In this document: positions 28,534 to 38,661 of the stretch, piece by piece | Layout of the letters: every line of letters starts with the position of its first letter | Numbering within the stretch: position 1 is the first letter of the stretch | DNA from: Candidatus Spongiisociaceae bacterium | Lineage (GTDB): Bacteria; Actinomycetota; Acidimicrobiia; Spongiisociales; Spongiisociaceae | NCBI GenBank assembly: GCA_965202665.1 | Contig: OZ241841.1 | Location: forward strand, 288,001 to 352,000 | DNA length: 64,000 nucleotides | Direction of reading: 5' to 3' | Position numbers and translations under genes: made by a program | The notes under the pieces: generated by a model | What the model was told of the DNA's origin: nothing | The model's database searches: none | What the model saw: the letters and a program-made list of their open reading frames with translations, nothing else

Positions 28534-29574
28534 TCAACCGGAACCGGCCAGGCTTTCATCCAGGTTCTCCCCCACCTGTTCCACCGCCGAAATGGTCCGC
28601 CCGTAATCCATCCGCATGGGCCCGATCACCCCCACCCGGCCGGCCGGGTCGCCCTCATCGGCCCCGTAACTGGTGGAAACCAGGGAAATGTCGGCCGGGG
28701 CCTCCAAACCCAGTTCCCCGCCGATGCGCACCGAAGTTCCGTCCGGCATACGGGACAGCGCTTCCAACAGGGCCGCTTCCCGCTCCAGCACCTCCAACAC
28801 CCCCCGCACCTTGGCCATGTCCCCCCAGGCGTCGGCCAGGTAACTGGCGGGCCCCACGAACAGCTGGCGATCCTCGTCGGCGATGCGCGACAAGGCTTCG
28901 GAGACGGCCCGCACCATGTCGGCCACCGCCTGGTTCTCCCCTTCCCCGATGTCCGCAGAGTCGGGGGCCGCCTCGGGCGCGGGGGCGGAGTCGGCCCCCA
29001 CCGAGGCGTCCACCAGCCGGCGGCGGATGATGCGCTCCGCCTCCTCCACCTCCCGCGGGTCGGCGGAGACGGCCAAGTTGAGGATGGCCTGGGACACCCG
29101 GCCCGACCGGGTGACCACCACCAACAGCACGGCGCTGGGCGCGGTTTGCACCAGATGCGCCGCTTTGATGATCTCCACTCCCAGTCCGGGGGCGGTCACC
29201 ACCGCCGGATAGCGGGTGATGTCGCTGAGCAGGGCGGTGGTGGCTTTCAGCAACCGTCCCAACTCGGAATGAACCGTTCCGAAAAATTCGGCGACGCGGA
29301 CGGCGGCGGCGGCATCGGGGGCGTAGGCCGGATGGCCCAGGGCGTCCACGTAACATCGGTAGGCGCGGGAGGTGGGCACCCGCCCGGCGGAGGTGTGCGG
29401 TTGCACGGCGTAGCCTTCCGCTTCCAGGACGGCCAGTTCGTTGCGCACCGTGGCCGCCGACACCGTCAGCCCGCCCGCTTCCAGGATGGCCCGCGAGCTG
29501 ACCGGCCCCCCGGTGCGGATATGCTCCTCCACCAGTATGCGGAGAATCTCCGACTTTCTCTCGTCCAGCATCAC
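28534..29574 (-). CDS. hrcA: Heat-inducible transcription repressor HrcA
   Basis: VSAATVRNEL..LE..G...QPHTSAGRVPT, GVIGPMRMDY. Confidence 0.95.
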   Translation of the reverse strand: MMLDERKSEILRILVEEHIRTGGPVSSRAILEAGGLTVSAATVRNELAVLEAEGYAVQPHTSAGRVPTSRAYRCYVDALGHPAYAPDAAAAVRVAEFFGTVHSELGRLLKATTALLSDITRYPAVVTAPGLGVEIIKAAHLVQTAPSAVLLVVVTRSGRVSQAILNLAVSADPREVEEAERIIRRRLVDASVGADSAPAPEAAPDSADIGEGENQAVADMVRAVSEALSRIADEDRQLFVGPASYLADAWGDMAKVRGVLEVLEREAALLEALSRMPDGTSVRIGGELGLEAPADISLVSTSYGADEGDPAGRVGVIGPMRMDYGRTISAVEQVGENLDESLAGSG

Positions 29575-29681
29575 CTTGAGTATATGCCGCCGATGTTCAT
29601 ACGGGGCGTCAGCCTGCGCGCCGCCTTGAACTTGTTCTCCCGCCTTGAACTTGCCGGCTGGGGCTGCTAACCTGCCGGGCG

Positions 29682-29969
29682 ATGGCTCACACCAAGTCGC
29701 AGAAGAAACGCAACCGGCAGACGATCGCCCGCAACCGGCGCAACCGCGCCATTCGCTCCGAGTTGAACACCCGCACCCGCACCGTGCACGAGGCGGCGGA
29801 GGCCGGGGATGCGGAGCAGGCGGAGGCCGCGTTGCGGATGGCCCAAAAGCGCCTGGACCAGGCGGTTTCCAAAGGGGCCCTCAAGGCCAACACCGCCGCC
29901 CGCCGCAAATCAAGCCTGACCCGCCGGGTGCGTACCATGGAAACATCCAGCACCCCCACCGGGGAGTAA
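29682..29969 (+). CDS. rpsT: 30S ribosomal protein S20
   Basis: MAHTKSQKKRNRQ...KG.LKANTAARRKS. Confidence 0.95.
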   Translation: MAHTKSQKKRNRQTIARNRRNRAIRSELNTRTRTVHEAAEAGDAEQAEAALRMAQKRLDQAVSKGALKANTAARRKSSLTRRVRTMETSSTPTGE

Positions 29970-30023
29970 AGGCCCTCCGCCTCCTCCCGCAACCCGCCCC
30001 TCCGGGACGTTGGCCGGGAACTT

Positions 30024-31013
30024 TTACCGGGAATACCATCTGGCCAGGGCGACGGTGAGGCGCTCCATGGTCACCAGGTGGGTTTCCTCCGGCTTGCTCT
30101 TCAAAGTTTCATCGGCCCAACACAGGATGCCGATGGCCCGGCGTAAATTCTGGGCCGACATGGAGTTTCTCGCCCGCCAGGCTTTCTTAGTGGGGTAGGC
30201 CCCCGGAGAGGAGTTTATCCAGGCGGCGAAGGTGGCGATGTCGGGGGCGGCGGCGGCCAGGGCCCGCTTGCGGACATCGGTTTCCAGTACCGCGATCAGC
30301 ACCAGCGGATGGTTGTGCGTCAAAAAGTTGCGCAGGAAGCGCAGGGCCTTCACTTGATCGCCGTCGCTTATGGCGTCGGTGTAATCCCAAGTGGGGACGA
30401 CCGGGCGGTTGTCGAACCGTTCCTTGATCATCTCCGGGGTGATGTTCCCCTCCGCCATCTCCAACTGGCTGAGGGCCTGCTCCATCGCCCCCAAGTCGGA
30501 ACCGAATTTTTCTTTGAGGGCGGCGGCCGCCGCTTTCGGCAAACGCAGACCGTGCCGGCGGACGGCGGAGGCCAGCCACTCGGAGGCGTCCCCGGGTCGT
30601 ATTGGTTTAACGGAAACCGCCCGGCCATGCTCTTTGACGGTTTTTTTCAAAGGGGCGGCTACTTCCCCGGCGGAGACCAGCACCGCCCGGCACAGTTCCC
30701 GATCGGCGTTGTTCAGCAACTCGGCCAGCGCCTGGGCTTCAGCCGCTTTCAACTGCTGGGCGTCGACTATCAACACCCCGGTTTTGTCCATGAACATCGA
30801 GCCGGACTGCAGGGCGGGCACGGCCGGTTCCACCTCCGGGCGGATGGCCGCCTCCCCGGCCGCCGACTGGCCCCGGCCGGGGACGTCCACCCGCACCACG
30901 GAATCTTTCGGCCAGCCTTCTTCTTCAAAAACTTCCCCGGCCCGTTCCAGCATCTGATGGCGCTCCCCCGAACCGGCCGAGGGGGGTCCTTTGACATGAA
31001 CCAGAAAACTCAC
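30024..31013 (-). CDS. holA: DNA polymerase III delta subunit
   Basis: Position between the comEC block and rpsT; LQSGSMF, GSDLGAMEQAL, WDYTDAI; GTGA overlap start. Confidence 0.75.
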   Translation of the reverse strand: MSFLVHVKGPPSAGSGERHQMLERAGEVFEEEGWPKDSVVRVDVPGRGQSAAGEAAIRPEVEPAVPALQSGSMFMDKTGVLIVDAQQLKAAEAQALAELLNNADRELCRAVLVSAGEVAAPLKKTVKEHGRAVSVKPIRPGDASEWLASAVRRHGLRLPKAAAAALKEKFGSDLGAMEQALSQLEMAEGNITPEMIKERFDNRPVVPTWDYTDAISDGDQVKALRFLRNFLTHNHPLVLIAVLETDVRKRALAAAAPDIATFAAWINSSPGAYPTKKAWRARNSMSAQNLRRAIGILCWADETLKSKPEETHLVTMERLTVALARWYSR

Positions 31014-31738
31014 AGGTTCCACCCGCCCCCCACTTGCAGGAAGGCGCCGGTGACGTAGCCGGCCTGCGGGCTGAGCAGGTAATCCACCGCCCCCAGCGCG
31101 TCCTGAAATTTTCCCAGCCGTCCGGCCGGTATTTTCTCCGGGTCCCCCGGGGGATCGGAATTTTCCAGAACGCCGGGCAGGAGGGCGTTGACCGTCACCC
31201 CGTGGCGGGCTTCGGTGCGGGCCAAAGTGCGGGTTAAAATCAAAACCCCGGTTTTCCCCACCTGGTAGGGAAGAGTGCGGGGGCTGGCGACGATCCGTTC
31301 CGCCCGGGAGTCGGAAATGTTGATGATCCGCCCCCCGCCGTCCCGCAACAGGGGCAGGCAGGCCCGGCTGACGTAGAAGGCAGCCGAGACGGTGGAGGCC
31401 AGCTGGCGGTCCCACTGTTCAACGGAAATTTCATCGGGGTAGCCGGGCAGGAACTCGCCCACGTTGTTGACCAGGACATCCAGCCCGCCCATGGCCCGCG
31501 CCGCCTCCCCCACCAGGGATTCCGCCTCGGCGGGCTTGGCTACGTCGCCGGACACCAGGTGCGCCCGCCCCCCGGCCTCGCGGATGGCCCGCGCCGTCTC
31601 TTCCGCCTGCGGGCGGCTGCGCCGGTAGTGGACCGCCACTTCCCATCCCTTCTCGCCCAAATGCCGGGCGATGGCCCGGCCCAAGCCCCGGGCGGAACCG
31701 GTGACCAGCGCCCGTTGAAAAGTGTTTTCACCTTCCAT
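31010..31738 (-). CDS. SDR oxidoreductase, pteridine reductase/FolM-like
   Basis: ALVTGSARGLG, VAVHYRRS, LVNN, YQVGK. Confidence 0.85.
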   Translation of the reverse strand: MEGENTFQRALVTGSARGLGRAIARHLGEKGWEVAVHYRRSRPQAEETARAIREAGGRAHLVSGDVAKPAEAESLVGEAARAMGGLDVLVNNVGEFLPGYPDEISVEQWDRQLASTVSAAFYVSRACLPLLRDGGGRIINISDSRAERIVASPRTLPYQVGKTGVLILTRTLARTEARHGVTVNALLPGVLENSDPPGDPEKIPAGRLGKFQDALGAVDYLLSPQAGYVTGAFLQVGGGWNL

Positions 31739-31744
31739 GGGCGG

Positions 31745-32635
31745 CTACCTCGCTGCGACCGGGACGGGGCGGAGCGGGGTTTCCGCCGGAGAACCGGGCA
31801 AGCGGCCCATCAGCCGGGCGATGTCGGAGATGATTTCCGCATCGTGGATCCGCAACATGTCCGCCCCGGCCGCCATCGCCAGCGCCGCCAGGGCCGGAAT
31901 GCGGTGCCGGTCGTCTTTGCGGGGCACGGTGTACATCACCGGGGCCGGGGAGGCGGCGAAGACCCCCAGTTCTTCGGCCAACGCGAACTGCACCCGGGCG
32001 TAGCGGCGGTAGTCGGTGTCGTAGTTGATGCCGGTTCCCGTGTCCAAAATCACCTGCGTTATCCCCTCTTCGGCCAGTTCCCGCCGCCGGGCCTCCAAGC
32101 GGGCCGCCGCCCGTTGCGGCTTGCCCGCCCCGTCGTCGCGCAGGCGCACTTTATGCGGGTCGGCTCCTTCGATGTACATCAGCACGAAAGGAACCTGCGA
32201 CCGGACCGCCAAACGGATCATTTCCGGGTTCTGCAAACCGGAGGTGTCGTTGACCAGAACCGCCCCGGCGTCCAGCGCCGCCTCCGCCACCGCCGGGTTG
32301 AAAGTGTCGATGGAAACCGCCCATCCCCGGGCGGCCAGGGCGGCCACGGTGGGAACCGCCCGGTCGGTTTCTTCGCCGGTGGACAGCCGGGGAGCCAGGA
32401 AGCTGGAGGACTGCCCGCCCACGTCCACCACCCGCACCCCCAGTTCCCGGTAACGGTCGGCCGCCAACACCGCCTGGCCGGGGTCGGCGGCGTAGCAGTC
32501 CCGGCTGATGGACTCCGGCGAGCGGTTGATCACCCCCATCAGGACAACCCCGCCCTCCCCCACCGCAACCGAATCCCCGCCCATCGGGTTGCGGAGGGTG
32601 ACAGCAAGCGGGGTTTCGGTGGGCGGGGCCATCAC
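31745..32635 (-). CDS. folP: Dihydropteroate synthase, divergent
   Basis: MGVINRSPES, VDVGGQSS, SIDTF, VNDTSG, ILDTG.G, LRIHD. Confidence 0.8.
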   Translation of the reverse strand: MMAPPTETPLAVTLRNPMGGDSVAVGEGGVVLMGVINRSPESISRDCYAADPGQAVLAADRYRELGVRVVDVGGQSSSFLAPRLSTGEETDRAVPTVAALAARGWAVSIDTFNPAVAEAALDAGAVLVNDTSGLQNPEMIRLAVRSQVPFVLMYIEGADPHKVRLRDDGAGKPQRAAARLEARRRELAEEGITQVILDTGTGINYDTDYRRYARVQFALAEELGVFAASPAPVMYTVPRKDDRHRIPALAALAMAAGADMLRIHDAEIISDIARLMGRLPGSPAETPLRPVPVAAR

Positions 32636-32642
32636 CCGGATA

Positions 32643-34850
32643 TTACGCGGCCGGGGCGGCTACGGGCAGGGGAATCACCACATCGCCTTCCCGGTCGGTG
32701 CGGCGGACGGCCATGCCGGCTTGGGCGAGACGGGCCAGCAAAGTTTCCGACGGGTGGCCGTAACTGTTGGGGCCGACGCTCACCACCGCCAAGCGGGCTT
32801 GGGTTTCCGTCAGCCACTCCGGATGGGAGGTGTCCGCCCCCTGATGGGGGACTTTCAAAATGTCCACCGGCGGCGGGGGCATTTCCCGCTGGGCGATGGT
32901 TTCAATGTCGCCGCTGAGCAGGATGCGGGTGTTCGCATATTCCGCCACCGCCACCAGGGACTGGTCGTTGCGGGAGGCGTAACGGCGCCGGGGTCCTATT
33001 ACCTGCAAAGTGACGGACCCGACGCGGTAGGTTCCCAGTTGCGGGGCGATCACCGCGGTGCGGGCGGCGGCGTCCCGGATGAACTCGGTGAACCCCGCCC
33101 CCTGGCCGGGAAAGGGGGCGTGCCACAGCATCCCCACCGAGTGGGCGGCCAGCACGTCCCGCAACCCCCCGTAGTGGTCGAAATGGGAGTGGGAAACCAC
33201 CAGAAGATCTATATGGCGCACCCCGTGCCGGGCCAGGCCGTCCAACACCAGCACCCCGTCGGAGCCTCCGTCCACCAGGATGGTTTCCCCGTCCGCCCCC
33301 AGCAGCAGCAACGAGTCGCCTTGGCCCACGTCCAGGGCGACGAAGGCCGGGCCGGAGGTTCCTCCCGCCGCGGGCAGGGTCAGGGCCAGGACGATCCCCG
33401 CTCCGGCAATGGCCGCCGCCGGCCGGGTTTTTTTCCAGAACAGCCCCGCCCCGCCCGCCGCCAACAGGATGAAAACCGCCCAGCCCGCCTGGGGGAGGTG
33501 GGCGGCCGCCCGGGCTACGCCCAGCACCAGTTCGGCGAGGAAACTTCCCACCGCCAGCAGGGGCCCGAATCCGGTCAAAGCCCCCAGCCCGCCGGCGATG
33601 GTGGCGGCGGCCACCAACGGGGCGGACAGCACATTGGCCAGCGGGGACCACAGGGGGATGGAGCCGATGGCCAGGAGCAAAACGGGGGCCACCGCCGCCT
33701 GCGCTCCGCACGAAGCTCCCAGCGATGTTCCCAGCCAGCGGGGTTTCACCGCCGGGAACCATGCCGACCCGACCACCACTCCGGCGGTGGCGGCCACCGA
33801 CAGCGCAAAACCCAGGCTGAAAGCCAACTCCGGGGAGATCAACAGCAACATTCCCACCCCCGCCCCCATTACTTTCCAGATGCCCGGCAACAGGCCGAAG
33901 GGGATGGCGACCAACACCAGCCCGGCCATCACCGCCGCCCGCAGCACCGACGGGTCGGGCCCGATTAGCAGAACGAAAAACACCAGCCCGGCCAGGCCCA
34001 GGGCCGCCCGCCGCCGGGAGTTCCATCCCAGCGGCCCGGCCGCCAAAAACAACGCCCCCAGAAACAAAGCCACGTTGCTGCCCGACACCGCCACGTAGTG
34101 GGACATGCCGGAGCGGCGCATTCTTTCCACGTCGATGCTTTCCAAATGGGAGGTGTCGCCCAGCAGGAACCCGGCCAAAAGGGCCCGCCCCCGTGCGGTG
34201 TGCGGTTGCAGCCTGTCCAGCAGATAGTCGCGAAACCCGGCCACCATCCCGCCCGGCCACCCGCCTCCGTAGCCCAGGAAACGGGGAGTTTTGGCGGTGC
34301 CAGACCAGGCGACGGGACGTCCGATGCCTCCGCCGGGGGCGGGGCGCATGACGGTGCGGATTTCCCAAAGTTGGCCGAGGCGCCAGTCGGACACCTCCCC
34401 CCGCAGCCACCCGGGCGGCCCGTCCCAGGGCCGGGACTGCCCGTCCCGGACGACGGCCGTCGGTTTCACCAGCGCCGAGCCGTTGTCCGGCGACCCGCGG
34501 CCGGGGGTTACGGCCCGCACCTCCATTCGCAACTGCCCGGCGGGGAGTTCCGCCTCCCGCACATTCTGCTCGCGGTCGGCGAGCAACATCCCGCTGAGCG
34601 CCCCCGCCGCGGCCAACCCGAGAAGAACCCCCCAAGTCGCAGTTTTGGCAAACCTCGGAGCGAACTTGGGGGCTATCAGCAATATCCCGCCGGCCGCGGC
34701 GAAAACTACGATCACCGTCGCCGTCAAAACCGCCGGCCGCAATTTGACCCCGGCCGCCACTCCCGCCCAGATAGCGGCCGCCGCCAGCGGCCAGGCCATC
34801 TCTTTTTTATCCGGAAAACGGCCCAGGAGGGAACGTTTGCCCGTTGTCAT
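32643..34850 (-). CDS. comEC: Competence protein ComEC/Rec2
   Basis: SGMSHYVAVSGSNV, PSVLRA, DVGQGD, SHSHFDHYGG, NSYGHP. Confidence 0.92.
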   Translation of the reverse strand: MTTGKRSLLGRFPDKKEMAWPLAAAAIWAGVAAGVKLRPAVLTATVIVVFAAAGGILLIAPKFAPRFAKTATWGVLLGLAAAGALSGMLLADREQNVREAELPAGQLRMEVRAVTPGRGSPDNGSALVKPTAVVRDGQSRPWDGPPGWLRGEVSDWRLGQLWEIRTVMRPAPGGGIGRPVAWSGTAKTPRFLGYGGGWPGGMVAGFRDYLLDRLQPHTARGRALLAGFLLGDTSHLESIDVERMRRSGMSHYVAVSGSNVALFLGALFLAAGPLGWNSRRRAALGLAGLVFFVLLIGPDPSVLRAAVMAGLVLVAIPFGLLPGIWKVMGAGVGMLLLISPELAFSLGFALSVAATAGVVVGSAWFPAVKPRWLGTSLGASCGAQAAVAPVLLLAIGSIPLWSPLANVLSAPLVAAATIAGGLGALTGFGPLLAVGSFLAELVLGVARAAAHLPQAGWAVFILLAAGGAGLFWKKTRPAAAIAGAGIVLALTLPAAGGTSGPAFVALDVGQGDSLLLLGADGETILVDGGSDGVLVLDGLARHGVRHIDLLVVSHSHFDHYGGLRDVLAAHSVGMLWHAPFPGQGAGFTEFIRDAAARTAVIAPQLGTYRVGSVTLQVIGPRRRYASRNDQSLVAVAEYANTRILLSGDIETIAQREMPPPPVDILKVPHQGADTSHPEWLTETQARLAVVSVGPNSYGHPSETLLARLAQAGMAVRRTDREGDVVIPLPVAAPAA

Positions 34851-34880
34851 CCGCCCGCCCCGTTGCCGCGCCGGGCCCGC

Positions 34881-35609
34881 TCAACCGACCATCGCGTAGT
34901 CGCGGATGGCGGCCAGTTTGCCTTCCCCGATGCCGGGCACGTCCAGCAGGTCCTCCACCGTCCCGAACGGGCCGTTGGCCTCGCGGTAGGAAATGATTCT
35001 CTGGGCGATCACCTCCCCCACCCCCGGCAACCGGGTCATATCCGACGGGCCCGCCCGGTTGATATCCACTTTCCCGTCTCGCGAAACGCCCGTTCCCATG
35101 TCGCCGCCGGCCCCGGCGGGGGCCTCGCCCGCCCAGGGCACCGCCAGGCGCATTCCATCCCGCACCGTCTCCGCCAGGTTGATGGAGCCGAAACCGGCCC
35201 CGGGCCGCATCCCTCCGGCGGCCCGGATGACATCCGCCACGCGGCTTCCTTCAGCCACCGACACCAGTCCCGGGTCGGCCACCGCCCCCGACACATGCAC
35301 GGTGAGCATTCGGGACGGAGCGGACGGGACGGGCGGGGTAGCCGCCACCGGGGCGGCGGGAAGAGTCTGGGCGGGCGGCGGCGGGGAGTCCCCGGAGCGG
35401 GTTCCGTACCACAGGGCCGCCCCGACGGTCACCGCCAGCCCCCCGGCCAGCACGGCCGCCATCAGCCGCCGGTTGCCCCCGAAGCCGGGGGCGCGGGATT
35501 CGGACATCCCGGCGGGGCTAACGGTCCGTTCCATCTGCTCCGTCTGTTCCGCGCTTTGAGCCTGGTTGGCCTGGGTTTGGGTGTGGTTGGCGTATTCCAT
35601 ATCTTTCAT
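34881..35609 (-). CDS. comEA: Competence protein ComEA
   Basis: VHVSGAV..PG, VDINRA, LPGVGEV.A..II.YRE.NGPF, VPGIG. Confidence 0.92.
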   Translation of the reverse strand: MKDMEYANHTQTQANQAQSAEQTEQMERTVSPAGMSESRAPGFGGNRRLMAAVLAGGLAVTVGAALWYGTRSGDSPPPPAQTLPAAPVAATPPVPSAPSRMLTVHVSGAVADPGLVSVAEGSRVADVIRAAGGMRPGAGFGSINLAETVRDGMRLAVPWAGEAPAGAGGDMGTGVSRDGKVDINRAGPSDMTRLPGVGEVIAQRIISYREANGPFGTVEDLLDVPGIGEGKLAAIRDYAMVG

Positions 35610-35765
35610 ATACCCAATAAATCGTCAAAAAATAAGGGGGTTGTTTTCAGCCAACCTGTCCCGGGCAGGCGAAAACCCACTCTGACCAGGCGAAACGGGG
35701 AAATAAAATTTTTGCTCCCAGGAGGGTTTTTCAAACCTGGGCGGCGCAAACCCGGGTTTTAACCC

Positions 35766-38561
35766 TCAAACGACGATGTTCAGCAAATGGGGCAGCCGGT
35801 ACACCACTCGGCGGATTTCGGACCCGCCCAGGGAACGCTGGATGTTGGCGGAGCCCGCCACCAGGGCCATGGCTTCCTCCCTGGTGATTCCCACCGGAGC
35901 CGGGAAGCGGTCCCGCACTTTGCCGTTGACCTGCACCACCAGGGTCACCTGTTCGTCGGCGGCCGCCTCCGGGTCGGATTCCGGCCACGGCTGCAGGTGG
36001 ATGCTTTGCCGATGTCCCAGCCGATGCCAGGCTTCTTCAGTTACATGGGGGGCGATGGGGGCGGCCAGCAAAAGCAAAATCTCCAAAGCTTCCCGCCATA
36101 TCCCTTCGGAAACATCGCGGGCGGCGCGGACTTTGAACAGGGCGTTGCGCAACACCATCAGTTCGGCCACGGCCGTGTTCCAATGCAGGTTTTCCATGTC
36201 GCCGCCCACCCGTTCGATGGCCTGATGGGCCCGGCGCCGCAGTTCCTTCTCCGCGTCGGGAGAAACTTCCCCGGGCCGGTAGCCGGTTTCGCCCAGCCGC
36301 CACAGGTCGGTGATGAACCGGTGCGCCCCCCGGATGCCCCGGCTGTTCCAAGGGCCGCCTTTCTCCCATTCGAAGGCGAACATCAGGTAGGTGCGCACCG
36401 TGTCCGCCCCGTATTCCCCCACCAGCTCGTCCGGGTTGACCACGTTGCCTTTCGATTTGGACATCCGTTGCACGTCCAACCTTTCCCGCAGTTGCAAGAG
36501 GGCGTTGTCGCCCGGTATCCCGGGGATGTCCACTACGGCGTCCGCCGGGACCGCCACTTCCATTTCCGCCGGATGGGCTTCCCCGTCCCGGGCCCCGGCC
36601 CCGGCGAAGGGGCGCACCCACAGTATTTTTTCACTGCGGCGGATCACTTCGCCCGCCACCTCCCCGTTCTTTGGCTCACCGTTCTGAGGCCGGGCGGGCT
36701 CTTCCACTACCCGCACCCGGCGGGCCGTCGCCCGACCCCCCTCCCCCCCCGGTTTTAGTTCTACGACTACCAGGTCTCCGGACCGTTCTTCTCCCAGCAC
36801 TTGCCCCTGGTTGCGGAGCATCAACATCGGTTCGTCCAACAGCCCCGCCGGGTCCCGCCCCCGGGCCCGCATGGCTTCCATAGTGGAGTCGAAAATTCCC
36901 ATGTCACGCAGGGCTTTGTTGAAAAACCGGGTGTAGAGCAGGTGCATCACGGCGTGTTCCGCCCCGCCGGTGTAGAGGTCGACGGGCAGCCAGTAGGCGG
37001 CCTCTTCCGGATCGAACGGCCCCTGTTCGTAACGGGGGCTCAGGTAGCGCAGGTGGTACCAGGAGGAGCACATGAAAGTGTCCATGGTGTCGGTTTCCCG
37101 GGCGGCGGGGCTTCCGTCGGGGGCTGCGGCGCGCCGGAAACCGTCGTGTTCCAGGAGCGGACTGCGGCCGGTGGGTTTGAAATCCACATCGGCGGGGAGT
37201 TCCACCGGCAGCTGGCCGTCGGGGACGGGCATCGCCCGGCCGTCCTCTCCGTAGAGGATGGGGATGGGGCATCCCCAGTAGCGCTGGCGGCTGATCAGCC
37301 AGTCCCGCAAGCGGTATTGGACTTCCCGCCGCCCGTGGTTGTTTTCCTCCAGCCAGTCCATCATCGCCCGCTTGGAGTCCTCCATGTTTTTGCCGTCCAG
37401 GAAACCGGAGTTGATGGAGGGGCCGTCCCCCAGGTAGGCCCCGCCCGCGAAGTCGGCGGGGGGCTGGACGGTACGCAGGATGGGCAGGCCGTAACGTTCG
37501 GCGAACTCCCAGTCCCGTTCGTCTTCCCCGGGCACGGCCATGATGGCCCCGGAGCCGTAACTCATCAGCACGTAGTCGGCCACCCACACCGGAATGCGCT
37601 CCCCGTTGACCGGGTTGACGGCGAATCCGCCGGTGTCCACCCCGGTTTTTTCCTTGCCCAGGTCGGTGCGTTCCATCTCCGTCCGGGCGGCGGCCGCCTC
37701 CCGGTAGTCGGCCACCGCCCTGCTCTGCCCTTCGGAGGTGAGATCCTCCACCAGCGGATGTTCGGGGGCCAGCACCATAAAAGTGGCTCCGAACAGGGTG
37801 TCGGGCCGGGTGGTGAAAACTTCGATGGCCCGGTCGGGGTCGGCTTCGCCTTGGACGACCAACGGGAAGGCCACCCGGGCTCCTTCGGAACGGCCGATCC
37901 AGTTGGTCTGCATGGCCACCACCGGGTCCGGCCAGTCGATGCCGTCGTATTGCAGCAGCTCCTCGGCGTAGCGGGTGATGCGGTAGAACCATTGTTCCAT
38001 CATCTTCTGCACCACCGGCTGGCCGGTGCGTTCGTCCCGGCCGTTGATGACCTGTTCGTTGGCCAGCACGGTCTGCATGCTGGGCGACCAGTTGACCAGC
38101 GCCTCCCCCCGGTAGGCCAAGCCCGCCTGGTAGAGGCGGGAGAAGAACCATTCCGACCAGCGGTAGTACTCGGGGGTGCAGGACACCGCCTCCCGCCGCC
38201 AGTCGATCATGGTCCCCATGGAACGCAACTGGCCCCGCATCCGTTCGATGTTGGCGTAGGTCCATTCCCAGGGATGGATGTTGGCTTGGATGGCTGCGTT
38301 TTCAGCGGGGAGGCCGAAGGCGTCGAACCCCATCGGGAACAGCACGTTGAAGCCCCGCATGCGCATGTAACGGGCGCGGGCGTCGGAGGGGGTCATGGCG
38401 TACCAGTGGCCGATGTGCAGGTCGCCGCTGGGGTAGGGCAACATGGTCAGGGCGTAGTGCTTGGGGCGCGACCAGTCCACATCGGAGTGGTATATGCCGG
38501 CTTCTTCCCAATGCCGTTGCCATTTTGTTTCCACGGCGCGATGGTCGTAGCGTTGCGTCAC
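35766..38561 (-). CDS. leuS: Leucine--tRNA ligase
   Basis: MLPYPSG.LHIGH, DWLISRQRYWG, RMSKSKGN; GTG start 7 nt after TAACAT. Confidence 0.96.
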   Translation of the reverse strand: MTQRYDHRAVETKWQRHWEEAGIYHSDVDWSRPKHYALTMLPYPSGDLHIGHWYAMTPSDARARYMRMRGFNVLFPMGFDAFGLPAENAAIQANIHPWEWTYANIERMRGQLRSMGTMIDWRREAVSCTPEYYRWSEWFFSRLYQAGLAYRGEALVNWSPSMQTVLANEQVINGRDERTGQPVVQKMMEQWFYRITRYAEELLQYDGIDWPDPVVAMQTNWIGRSEGARVAFPLVVQGEADPDRAIEVFTTRPDTLFGATFMVLAPEHPLVEDLTSEGQSRAVADYREAAAARTEMERTDLGKEKTGVDTGGFAVNPVNGERIPVWVADYVLMSYGSGAIMAVPGEDERDWEFAERYGLPILRTVQPPADFAGGAYLGDGPSINSGFLDGKNMEDSKRAMMDWLEENNHGRREVQYRLRDWLISRQRYWGCPIPILYGEDGRAMPVPDGQLPVELPADVDFKPTGRSPLLEHDGFRRAAAPDGSPAARETDTMDTFMCSSWYHLRYLSPRYEQGPFDPEEAAYWLPVDLYTGGAEHAVMHLLYTRFFNKALRDMGIFDSTMEAMRARGRDPAGLLDEPMLMLRNQGQVLGEERSGDLVVVELKPGGEGGRATARRVRVVEEPARPQNGEPKNGEVAGEVIRRSEKILWVRPFAGAGARDGEAHPAEMEVAVPADAVVDIPGIPGDNALLQLRERLDVQRMSKSKGNVVNPDELVGEYGADTVRTYLMFAFEWEKGGPWNSRGIRGAHRFITDLWRLGETGYRPGEVSPDAEKELRRRAHQAIERVGGDMENLHWNTAVAELMVLRNALFKVRAARDVSEGIWREALEILLLLAAPIAPHVTEEAWHRLGHRQSIHLQPWPESDPEAAADEQVTLVVQVNGKVRDRFPAPVGITREEAMALVAGSANIQRSLGGSEIRRVVYRLPHLLNIVV

Positions 38562-38661
38562 GCCGGTAATGTTACCCCGTCCCGTGATTTGTCCCGCCGC
38601 CGCGCAAAACCGGTAAATTCCAGGCAAACGGAGAGCAAACGTCTATATTTCTGCTGACCCG

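Noticed and set aside
29576-29596. HspR HAIR or CIRCE operator upstream of hrcA
   Set aside because: Only one CTTGAGT half-site, with no inverted partner.
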